Assembly (NCBI RefSeq): GCF_004010195.1
Contig: NC_057711.1
Coordinates: 83,680,465-83,709,422, forward strand
From: Chiloscyllium plagiosum
Taxonomy: Eukaryota
Reading direction: 5' to 3'
Length of the DNA stretch: 28,958 nt
Below the pieces are notes generated by a model. It ran no database searches. It saw only the letters and a program-made list of their open reading frames with translations, and was not told the DNA's origin. This document shows positions 1 to 9,931 of the stretch, piece after piece. The first letter of the stretch is position 1; each line of letters begins with the position of its first letter. The position numbers were made by a program, and so were the translations under genes.

Positions 1-319
1 TTGGGTTCACAGGTCTTGGCACAATATTTAAAGGGAACTTCTATATTCTCTGTAAGCCAGGAGTTTCCATTCAGCCTCAGTTTCTCCTGGAAAACCCACA
101 CTTGAATACTTTTACCCAGGCATCACTGAAAGTAGCCCAATGGTTCAGTGATACCTTGTTTCAACAGAGGTAGTAGAAGTGGGAGGTTCACTTGCTTCAG
201 GCTCATACATGCTTGATGTGATAGGTATGAACAAAAGCAAGGACTGATATTTTCAACATTTTATTTATAGCTTCTCCTCTGTCCCTACTTTGAACAACAG
301 CAATAAACTTTCATTTCAA

Positions 320-565
320 AAGCTAGAGCAGCTCCTGATCTTGCTGAGATCTCAATGTCATGAGCTCTCTCAGTCAAGGAGCAGAAACAATTCCCTATGA
401 GCTTCTCCATGCAAAGGAGAATATACCTTCTGAGTTGTCCCCCTAATACATGGAAGCACTTTTATTTGACCCACGTAGCATGACAGTCACTCTTTCTACC
501 TGCAAAATTCTCAGTTGACTGTTTGCCATTGGTGAGGAACTGCTACTGAGCTTGGGAAAGGTAAA
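320..565 (+). pseudogene. Possible very decayed exon 1 of a Harbinger Myb/SANT-like gene
   Basis: Reads KARAAPDLAEISMS*ALSVKEQKQF, loosely like the RAPRFSD..LE.L...V..R motif recalled for Harbinger Myb/SANT proteins. Ends at the donor-like GGAAAG/GTAAAC (555-566) and is followed by C-rich intron-like DNA. Weak; similarity is from recall only. Confidence 0.25.
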
Positions 566-620
566 CTTCAGAAGAAGATTCATCAAATCCTACCCTCCCC
601 AAATTATCCTTGATCATCCT

Positions 621-2245
621 CATAGAACATAGAACAATACAGCACAGAACAGGACCTTCGGCCCACATTTGTCCTAGCTTAAGCACCTATCCATGTACCT
701 ATCCAATTGCCGCTTAAAGGTCACCAATGATTCTGACTCTGCCACTCCCACAGGCAGCACATTCCATGCCCCCACCTACCCCTAAAAACCTACCCCTGAC
801 ATCCCCCCATACCCTCCACCCTTCACCTTAAATTTATGTCCCCTTGTAACACTCTGTTGTACCCAGGGAAAAAGTCTCTGACTGTCTACTCTATCTATTC
901 CCCTGATCATCTTATAAACCTTTATCAAGTCACCCCTCATCCTTCGCCGTTCCAATGAGAAAAGGCCTAGCACTCTCAACCTATCCTCATACGACCTATT
1001 CTCCATTCCAGGCAACATCCTGGTAAATCTCCTCTGCACCCTCTCCAAAGTTTCCACATCTTTCCTAAAGTGAGGCGACCAGAACTGCACACAGTACTCC
1101 AAATGTGGCCTTACCAAGGTCCTGGACAGCTGCAACATCACCTCACGACTCTTGAATTCAATCCCTCTGCTAATGAACGCTAATACACCATAGGCCTTCT
1201 TACAAGTTCTATCCACCTGAGTGGCAACTTTCAAAGAGCTATGAACATAGACCCCAAGATCCCTCTGCTCCTCCACCTTACTAAGAACCCTACCGTTAAC
1301 CCTGTACTCTGCATTCTTATTTGTCCTTCCAAAATGGACAACCTCACACTTGACAGGGTTGAACTCCATCTGCCACTCCTCAGCCCAGCTCTGCATCATA
1401 TCTAAGTCCCTTTGCAGCCAACAACAGCCCTCCTCACTATTCACAACTCCACCAATCTTCGTATCGTCTGCAGATTTACTGACCCACCTTTCGACTCCCT
1501 TTTCCAAGTCATTAATAAAAATTACAAATAGCAGAGGACCCAGAACTGATCCCTGCGGAACTCCACTTGTAACTGGACTCCAGGCTGAATATTTACCATC
1601 TACCACCACTCTCTGACTTCGACCGGTTAGCCAGTTCTCTATCCAACTGGCCAAATTTCCCACTATCCCATGCCTCCAGACTTTCCGCATAATCTTACCA
1701 TGGGGAACCTTATCAAATGCCTTACTAAAATCCATGTACACTACATCCACTGCTCTACCCTCATCCACATGCTTGATCACCTCCTCAAATAATTCAATAA
1801 GACTTGTAAGGCAAGACCTACCCCTCAAAAACCCATGCTGGCTCGCCCTAATCAAGCAGTGTCTTTCCAGAAACTCATAAATCCTATCCCTCAGTACCCT
1901 TTCCATTACTTTACCTACCACCGAAGTAAGAATAACTGGCCTGTAATTCCCGGGTTTATCCCTATTCCCTTTTTTGAACAGGGGCACAACATTCGCCACT
2001 CTCCAGTCCCCTGGTACCACCCCCGTTGACAGTGAAGACGAAAAGATCATTGCCAACGGCTCTGCAATTTCCTCTCTTGCTTCCCACATAATCCTAGGAT
2101 ATATCCCGTCAGGCCTGGGGAACTTGTCCATCCTCAAGTTTTTCAAAATGCCCAACACATCTTCCTTCCTAACAAGTATCTCCTCTAGCTTACCAGTCCG
2201 TTTCATACTTTCCTCTTCAACAATACGGTCCCTCTCATTTGTAAA
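621..2245 (-). mobile_element. CR1-clade LINE, 5'-truncated
   Basis: Contains ORF 782-2206 with RT motifs. The 3' end carries a (CTATGTT)n-type microsatellite tail (plus strand CATAGAACATAGAAC at 621-635) next to a CR1-like 3' UTR. Confidence 0.95.
782..2206 (-). pseudogene. CR1 ORF2 reverse transcriptase fragment (474 aa, no endonuclease, frameshifted C-terminus)
   Basis: Motifs PDGIYPR, WRVANVVPLFKKG, NYRP, QHGF, YMDFSKAFDKVPH, GVPQGSVLGPLLF, SADD (FADD in the intact family), RPHLEYCVQFWSP and LERRRMRGDLI. Confidence 0.93.
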
Positions 2246-2249
2246 TATG

Positions 2250-2800
2250 TTCCCTCTGTCATCCTTAAACCTTCACCCTTTACACTGGGTGCCTTTACAG
2301 TAGTCACCCAAATGCCTGCACACTTTCCCAGGCCCACACCTCTCATCACATCCCTGCCCAGTCTAACCCTTAAACCTCCTAATATCGAAGTCACCTGCTC
2401 CTTTTCTGTTCGAGATCCCCTTCTGTGACACCTCACACCTATGATCCTTGAACTCCCATCCTGCTGTGCCCCACTTGCCCCTATCACTGTCACTATTCCA
2501 GTTGCTTCTCAGCAAACTCAGTTTAACCTCCAAGGCCACACAACTGACACCACCACCCCACCCTTGGAGCGCTACACTCAATTACCACCCCTTCCTGCAA
2601 ATCCCCTTCCTATTTGTAGCTCCGCTACTCATCTTTGTGTCCAACCCTTACACCCTTCCCTGGTGACTCTGGTACCTTGGTCAGACAGAAATTCACCCTT
2701 CACCAGCCTCTTTGTCCCACACCCATTACACCCCAGCCTCCCTACCTCAGCTATCATCCGTACCCCAATAAACCCCACACGACTGACATCTTAGCCTTGC
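2250..2800. repeat. C/A-rich, G-poor low-complexity tract (possibly a Harbinger Myb intron relic)
   Basis: Strong strand asymmetry with runs of CCC/CAC. Ends at the acceptor-like CCTTGCACAG (2795-2803). Confidence 0.35.
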
Positions 2801-3349
2801 ACAGAATAGGTGAAAGACCCCCAAAGAGGACAGAGCAGCAGCTACTCATTCCAAAGTTCAGGACAATGACAACCTTACCTGCTACCTGCCTTTATTATGA
2901 AGTCTTGAATCTAAAGGCATGCATTTCTCATGTGTGCAGAACTCCTTTGGGAGGTTAATTCTTAATTCTGGCTTAATTCTGCCAAGTGGGTCTGTTAATG
3001 AGCATGTGTGAGATGCAAATGCACATAATAGAGCTTCTTGATTCTTGCTGTCAGGAAGCTTGACCCACATTTAATGTTTCTGGAACTTAATTATAAAAGT
3101 TCATCCCACCATCAAGCTTCTAACTTTTGGTCTCCCTTATAATTAAGATCCCCTGATTACCTTTCTTTCTGCTCCAGACAAAAGATTCTACCAGATAGAG
3201 GACTTCCCAGTGAAAGAATGGTGATGTACTTTCAAGTCATGATAGTTTATGTCTTGAATACTTACTATGACCCTTGTGCACAAGGGAAGACTTGTCAGCA
3301 TTGTTTGCTGATCACATGCCAGCCTGCTCTTTGTAAAGGCAAGCTGTAC

Positions 3350-3497
3350 CTTGAAGAGTTCTGCAGAAGAGTCATATTTGACTAGAAATACTTGCCCTGT
3401 TTCTCTCTGCATAGATGCTACTTGACCTGTTGAGTATTTCCAGTGCTTTCTGATTTTATTTCAGATTTCCACTGTATGCAGTATTTTGCTTTTATTT
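3350..3497 (+). mobile_element. Old Penelope-like element 3' end with a decayed hammerhead motif
   Basis: CTGCAGA-AGAGTC-ATATTT-GACTA-GAAA is followed by GATGCT..GACCTGTTGAGTATTTCCAG..TCAGATTTCCA..TGCAGTATTTTG. This is the same layout as the other PLE ends in the window. Confidence 0.75.
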
Positions 3498-3989
3498 AAG
3501 CCAGACACTTGGGATTTTTACAAGGATTATCTTTAGTAATCTAAGCTTGTTTTTGCTGCCTGAAAATAATTATCATGAACCAGTCTCCTATTGGCAGATC
3601 ATTATTTGTGTGACTTTGTAAATAAACATGCTGGTAATAAAGTTGACGACCTTTCTCTGGGCATGGAGTGATGATAGAAGAGAGACTGGTACAAAAGTGG
3701 TGGATTGAATCAACAAAAGCCACAATGATCTGCTGGTGTGCTGGGCTGTGATAGCTTTGTTAGGTGGTAGAGCCAGTAGTTCTTGTTTTTCTACAGATTC
3801 GTCAATAGCTTCTTCTTTTCCCTACTGCTCCATTGTTCCACCCCTGAATGTTTCTAACGTCCAGCGCAAATCTAGAGTTTCTTTCTGGTCATATTGAAAG
3901 AACACCACAAGCTATCAGGTGAGCCAAACTGTTACAAAAGACTAACTGTTTAGTAAGTCAAAATCATGATAGATATATGGTTTTGATTG

Positions 3990-5292
3990 TACTACCGCTC
4001 TGTATCATTGTTCAGTTCCTGACAAGTGTCATGAAAGTTCAAGTTATAAGTCTGTTATAAAAACACTTGGAAAACAATGACAAGATTGAACAGAATCAGC
4101 ATAGGTTTACAAAAAGAGAATCGTTCTTAACAAATCTATTGGAATGTTTTAAGGATGTGATAAGTAGATTGATAAGGGGGAATCCAGTAGATGTGGTTTA
4201 CTTGAACTTTCAGAAAGCATTCAGTTAGGTTTCACATAAGAGATTAGTATGTAACATTAAAGCATATGGGATTGCGGTAGCATACTGATATGAATAAAGC
4301 ATTGACTGGTAAACAGGAAACAAAGAGTAGGAATAAATAGGTAATTTTCAGAGAGGCAGCCAGTAATCAGTCGTATCACAAGGATCAGTGCTTGGATCCC
4401 AGCTAATCACAATATATGTTCAATGAGAGACCTAAATTAATATCTCTAAGTTTGCGCACAACACAAAGCTGGGCGGGGGATGAACTGTGAAGGGGATGTA
4501 GAGATGTTTTGTTGTGATTTGGATGAGGTGAGTGGGGTGATAGATGAAAAATGAATAAATATGAAGTTATCCACTTTGATAGCAAAAACAGGAAGGTTGA
4601 TTGTTATCTAAATGGTGATAGATTGGGAAATGGGGAGATGTACTAAGACCTGGGTGTCCTTGTACACCAGACACTGAAAGTAAGCATGTGAGTGCAGCAG
4701 GCAGTGAAGAAGGCAAATGATATGTTGACCTTCATAGCGAGGGATCTGAAAACAGGAGCAGTGCAGTTTTGGTCTCTTTATCTAAGGAAGAATATTCAGG
4801 CTAATAAGGGAGTGCAATGAAGGTTTACCAGACTGACTGCTGAAATGGCAGGACTGATGTATGAAGGGAGAATGAATCAGCTAGGACTACTGTATATTCA
4901 CTGGAGTTCAGAAGAATGAGGGGAATCTGTTAGAAACATGTAAAATTCTAACAGGTTAAATTCAGGAAGGATATTCCCAATGAACTAGGGAGTCCAGAAT
5001 TAGGAGTCACAGTCTAAGGATATGGTGTAGTCCATTCAAGACTGAGATGAGGAGAAATTTCTTCATCCAGAGAGTAGTGAGCCAGTGGAATTCTCTGCCA
5101 TTGAAAGCTGTTCTTGTTAAAACATTGATTTTTTTTCAAGAAGTAGATCTATTTGTTCTTAGGAGAAAGGGATATGGGATGAAAGGGGGAACAAAGTACT
5201 GAGTAGATCATTTTGAAATCATTGTCACATTGAATGGTGGAACAGGCTCGAAGGACCAAATGGCACACTCCTGTTCCTATTTTCTATGTTTC
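3990..5292 (+). mobile_element. Old degenerate CR1 LINE (RT to 3' UTR)
   Basis: Decayed RT motifs (CAGCATAGGTTT ~QHGF, GTAGATGTGGTTTACTTGAACTTTCAGAAAGCATT ~VDVVYLDFQKAF, GGATCAGTGCTTGG ~GSVLG, TTCTTCATCCAGAGAGTAGTG ~FFTQRVV) with many stops. Tail CCTATTTTCTATGTTTCT. Confidence 0.9.
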
Positions 5293-5998
5293 TGTCAGGA
5301 TGGTCCTTATTCCTAAGCACCAGATTGACATCCAATTGTCCAGGTGGAAATGAAGAAATGATCAGGGACCAGAAGAAGCTGAAGTTACCAAGACAAGGGG
5401 ATACTGGAAATAAACCTGTATTCTACATTGATATCTGTTATAAATCACCAGCTGGATGTTCAGCGAATGGAAGCCTTCCATTTATTTACTGCCAAAGTTG
5501 GAGCGTGAGCAGCTATCTAAGTTCATTCAATGAGACCTTACTGTTGAGAAGTCTGCAATCTTTGTAATTTCCAGAGATTTGTTTTCCTGTTTTACTAGAC
5601 CCCTTGGAAATGTAATGACTTTGTAAGCCTTAACAAAGAAAGCTGTAATTTGACTGTTGGTTATTATTGCCTGGAATTACCCTGAGATATGGAAATTCAA
5701 GACTACAGTCGTATGTGACCTGGTGTTAAGCTGCAGATGGTGTTGAAGTCTCCCTAGCCAAGTTGAGCTGTTAGTCACACCCCCTATTCCTCAATTAATT
5801 GGATGTAAAATATTCTGTTGCTGTAAAGTTATATGGTGTAAATCCTCCTGCACACCCCATTCCGAACCTCTTTTCAATTAAGCTGTATTTCTCTCCAGTC
5901 CTACCTATTTTTATATTATGGCTTAGAATTGACACCAGATAGTCTGTGCCTTTAAGGTAATTACATGACATTATGACATGTGACTGTCCAGTATAACA
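5293..5998 (-). mobile_element. Candidate solo LTR
   Basis: ~706 bp segment bounded on the minus strand by TGTTATA...CTGACA, with a minus-strand AATAAA at ~5481-5486. No clear TSD. Confidence 0.35.
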
Positions 5999-7171
5999 CT
6001 TGCCACCTCACCTTCAATCATTTCCTCTGTGTAATGGACTCTGTGTAGCGTCATTAGTCTTGTAAGTCAGTCATCTATGTAACATCAGTAAACACAGAAC
6101 ACAGACTATGTAAATCTGTGATATCATAACCTTGTAAATTAGGGTTACATTTTGTCTCATTGTCAATATGATCATTTCAGGTATGTGCTCCTGATATTAT
6201 CACTATCACAGTGTATGACCAACAAACATACAAACATGCCAATCTAGGTGAGGGTACAAAGATCTGAGGGTATAAATATCTCAGGTACTATCTTACTGGG
6301 ATCACTTGAAGAATGACATGCTTCTCTGTTATAAAAAAATGAATTAATATGAACTCTGAACTGATGTACCTGCAAAAGTAATATTTGTATTTTTAACATT
6401 AACTGGGAAATACTAAGGGGTCATAATGTCTGTTGGATCTTTTGCTACCACTTATCCAAGCTCGATTTCTTATGTTATGAGGGAAAACATAAGCACTGAT
6501 GCATCAGTTAGTGTATTAATAATTAAATTTTCAAGTTATTTGACACAACAAAAATCCATGGTATATGTTACATGAGTGAACATATTGTACAGCACAAGCA
6601 CCATCATTTGTTGCTGTTCTTTCCCCAAAGGCAGACTAAGGATGTTTACCCTTGCTGGCAGACTAACTTTGTGCAGATGCCCCTTAGCACAGATTGCCGA
6701 CAGCACCATACAATAATTTGCAACAATTTATCTGATCAGCTACAGCAACCATCACAGCTGGAAATAGGCCAGAAAGCCCGTTCCAACCATTCCAAGGAAT
6801 TTTTGTTTGGTTTTTAGAATATGTAAATTCAGCACTCGAGAAGCTGAGTTTCTGAGAACGATCCTTAGATACACATAGAGCCTTTGTTAACACATATTAA
6901 TTTGGCCTCCTTCTGTTTCAGACAGTTACATTGAATGACTAAAAGGTGCCTGACTGCATCAGTCACCCACCCCGTGCACATCTGGCATTTGAAATTATTA
7001 AATGAAATACAGAGACCTAGTTCCTATTTTATGACTGCAAATTGGTGATTGTTAGTTGCACTTCTTCATCTGACTAGGTAAAAACAATGACTGCAGATGC
7101 TGGAAACCAGATTTTGGATTAGTGGTGCTGGAAGAGCCCAGCAGTTCAGGCAGTATCTGAGGAGCAGCAAA

Positions 7172-7204
7172 ATCGACGTTTCGGGCAAAAGCCTTCACCA
7201 GGAA
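7172..7204 (-). ncRNA. Minimal hammerhead ribozyme motif (mutated)
   Basis: Minus strand TTC-CTGGTGA-AGGC-TTTT-GCCC-GAAA-CG-TC-GAT. Core A6 is changed to G. Confidence 0.65.
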
Positions 7205-7284
7205 TAAAGGCAGAGAGCCTGAAGCGTGGAGAGATAAGCTAGAGGAGGGTGGGGGTGGGGAGAAAGTAGCATGGAGTACAATAG

Positions 7285-7603
7285 NNNNNNNNNNNNNNNN
7301 NNNNNNNNNNNNNNNNNNNNNNNNNNNNNNNNNNNNNNNNNNNNNNNNNNNNNNNNNNNNNNNNNNNNNNNNNNNNNNNNNNNNNNNNNNNNNNNNNNNN
7401 NNNNNNNNNNNNNNNNNNNNNNNNNNNNNNNNNNNNNNNNNNNNNNNNNNNNNNNNNNNNNNNNNNNNNNNNNNNNNNNNNNNNNNNNNNNNNNNNNNNN
7501 NNNNNNNNNNNNNNNNNNNNNNNNNNNNNNNNNNNNNNNNNNNNNNNNNNNNNNNNNNNNNNNNNNNNNNNNNNNNNNNNNNNNNNNNNNNNNNNNNNNN
7601 NNN
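7285..7603. other. Assembly gap (319 N)
   Basis: Run of N. Confidence 1.
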
Positions 7604-9412
7604 CAGGATGGGAGGGTGGGTTGTAGGGGGGTGTGGACCTGACCAGGCAGTCACAGAGGGTACGGTCTTTGCGGAAGGCAGAAAGGGGTGTGGAGGGAAA
7701 TATATCTCTGGTGGTGGGGTCTTTTTGGAGGTGGCAGAAATGTCAGCAGATGATTTGGTTTATGTGAAGGTTGGTAGGGTGGAAGGTGAGCACCAGGGGC
7801 GTTCTGTCCTTGTTACAGTTGGAGGGGTGGGGTCTGAGGGCGGAGGTGCAGGATGTGGACGAGATGCGTTGGAGGGCATCTTTAACACGTGGGAAGGGAA
7901 ATTGCGGTCTCTACTATCAGGTTTAGAAGTCACACTGTCCAAAGCCAAGGAACAGTCAAATAAACTTGTTAATTCACTTGCAAGACTAGAAAAAGGATCA
8001 TGTGGAGTATGTTGCACAAGAAAATCATAATATAATATTTTCTTTCCCATAATTCAGAATGACCCATGAGTGGAAGTCAGAAAGCTGCTCTTAGGTCATA
8101 TTTATGATTGCAAAGACAAAATCATATTTCATGATTCTCAGCAATGTGTTTTTTTTGCCTATTAGAATGTCAAAATTGATACGAAATGCTATTAAGCCTA
8201 ATGCATCCAGCAGAATCTATAACCCCTCCTACCATAACATGAAGAAAATGCTGTGATTACAAGATAAATATCTTGAAAGAGAATGAACTTGTGATATCTG
8301 CTGAACATTCTTAAAGAAATTGTTATCATATTTTACAAGTGCACTAACACCCATGAATGCACATATCATGTAAAAGCAAGCACCAAAATAATCACTTGTG
8401 ATGTTTAAGATTTTAAAATACTGCATTAGCTTCCTATCTAATGCAACTTTGAGCGAGTATACCAGGGGACTAACAGCACTATACTAGCCAATCACAGTGT
8501 TAATATCAATCTTGCTCTAATTTAATTTATCCTGAAAGGGCAACAGAACTGAAATCCTATCTGTGGCTGAACTAAATCTTCAGTAACAATTATAATCAGG
8601 ATTTACTGCTGTCCACTTGAGTAATGCTATTAGCAGAAAGAAGTACTAAGCAGGCTTCTTCTGGGATTTGCATTCACACCTATTCTTTAGATATAGTATT
8701 TTAAATGCAGTCTTGTAGTTGGGGGTTCTGACATGTTTCACACTTTAAAATACTCCTTGGAATCCTCAACTCTTTCTTTTGTATCCCTTAATGAAGCTTA
8801 TCAGCAAAGATGTATAAACCACAATCATTGCTGACAAGGAGTCTCTGTTACATATATATCACGTTCCTCAGTTACAATGTAGAATACAGCTCAGATGAAG
8901 CAGTCCACTTCATTAACATAAGCACTACACTGAAACAAAAAAAACCATTGTAATTACTTTCCTTTTAGCACTCTCTCAAGCAGAATTTGGGTGCAGTTGG
9001 AAGGATGATAAGGCAAGGGTACCATATAATTAGTTAGGAAATGAAAAAACAGAGTTGGAGGTACTATTTTTATCTACCTTTCTCACTTTTGAAAGAAGTC
9101 ATATGAGTTAGACATCTGATGTTCCAAAGTGTGAGCAAGCCTAAACCAAAAAAAACTTAACCCATCAAGCAATGAAGTTGAAGTGACAGGGAACCTTGGA
9201 ATTCTAACAAAACATTTTCTCATTCATTTTGTATCAAGCTGAGTCAGTATTAAAATGCTTTCAGCAAAACTGCAGTTGCATTGTTACTGTACAAGTCCAC
9301 TTATGTTATCACCTTCTGGTGATTCGGAGCCCATTCCCAAGTAACCACTGTTATGAGGTCATATTGAAGATGTACAGAAAGAGGGAGAGATGAATCTGCC
9401 TGATTACCTTTT

Positions 9413-9765
9413 GTTGATAGGCAAAAGGCTGGAAGAACACAGCAAGCCAGGCAGCATCAGGAGGTAGAGAAGTCGACATTTCGGGTGTAACCCTTCTTCA
9501 GGACTGGGGGTGGGTGTGGGGGAAGCTGCAGATAAAGGGAGAGGCGGGGGCAGGGTGGTGAAGTGAGGACAGGTGAAGACAGGTACAGGGTACAACCTGG
9601 TTGGTCAATGGGAGGAATGAATCCGTTTGGTGGCAGGGAGCAGTGGAAGGGGCGGGAGGGGTTGGTGAGCTGGGAGGGGAGGCAGGGGACGGGAAGAAGG
9701 TTATTTGAAATTGAAGAACTCAATGTTGAGTCCTCCAGTTTGTAGGCTGTCCAGACAGAAGATTA
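9413..9765 (-). mobile_element. Penelope-like element 3' fragment (GIY-YIG C-terminus, 3' UTR, hammerhead), lacking the terminal tail
   Basis: Minus strand encodes LIFCLDSLQTGGLNIEFFNFK* (stop 9701-9703), the typical PLE endonuclease C-terminus. It is followed by a pyrimidine-rich UTR, a hammerhead motif and GATGCTGCCTGGCTTGCTGTGTTCTTCCAGC. Confidence 0.9.
9471..9505 (-). ncRNA. Minimal type I hammerhead ribozyme motif
   Basis: Minus strand AGTC-CTGAAGA-A-GGGT-TAC-ACCC-GAAA-TG-TC/GACT. Stem I AGTC/GACT, stem II GGGT/ACCC, intact CUGANGA and GAAA cores, GUC cleavage triplet. Confidence 0.8.
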
Positions 9766-9767
9766 GA

Positions 9768-9826
9768 AACCCGGGTCTCTGGCGCTGTGAGGCAGCAGTG
9801 CTAACCACTGTGCCACCGTGCCGCCC
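9768..9826 (-). mobile_element. tRNA-derived head of an HE1-type SINE (5' ~59 nt only)
   Basis: Minus strand GGGCGGCACGGTGGCACAGTGGTTAGCACTGCTGCCTCACAGCGCCAGAGACCCGGGTT. A box present; truncated in the B box. Closely matches 10000-10055. Confidence 0.9.
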
Positions 9827-9832
9827 TGATCG

Positions 9833-9863
9833 TTTGATATATCATCATTGATGATATATCAAA
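9833..9863. repeat. Perfect 15-bp inverted repeat with 1-nt spacer; each arm contains the palindrome TGATATATCA
   Basis: TTTGATATATCATCA-T-TGATGATATATCAAA, read directly. Confidence 0.95.
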
Positions 9864-9931
9864 TCAATTATTATGATGAGACTTAACTATTATCCTACTG
9901 GTGTAGTAATTTTATGTTATGTTCTTAACGT

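Larger units (their letters stand above)
7077..7912 (-). mobile_element. Penelope-like retroelement, 5'-truncated, spanning the assembly gap
   Basis: Right of the gap, the minus strand encodes NKDRTPLVLTFHPTNLHINQII...LQKDPTTRDIFPSTPLSAFRKDRTLCDCLVRS, the typical PLE RT-to-GIY-YIG linker. Left of the gap lie the 3' UTR, a hammerhead motif and a tail matching 21654-21789. Confidence 0.9.

Noticed and set aside
57..152. Short inverted repeats CCAGGAG/CTCCTGG and ATCACTGAA/TTCAGTGAT
   Set aside because: Stems of 7-9 bp are expected by chance in 29 kb.
604..620. TCATCCT on both sides of the first CR1 as a TSD
   Set aside because: The right copy is ~12 bp from the junction and lies in low-complexity DNA, so it is not convincing.
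1350..2303. Plus-strand ORFs overlapping the CR1 (also 15052-15906)
   Set aside because: Antisense shadows of the RT ORF.
3787..3923. Acceptor TTTTCTACAG and donor CAG/GTGAG bracketing a 122-bp candidate exon
   Set aside because: Stop codons in all three frames and no other support; it could only be non-coding.
6570..6820. 81-aa ORF and duplicated GGCAGACTAA
   Set aside because: No recognisable domain or splice structure, and the 10-bp duplication is uninformative.
7052..7654. 200-aa and 123-aa ORFs
   Set aside because: Open only because they run through the N gap.
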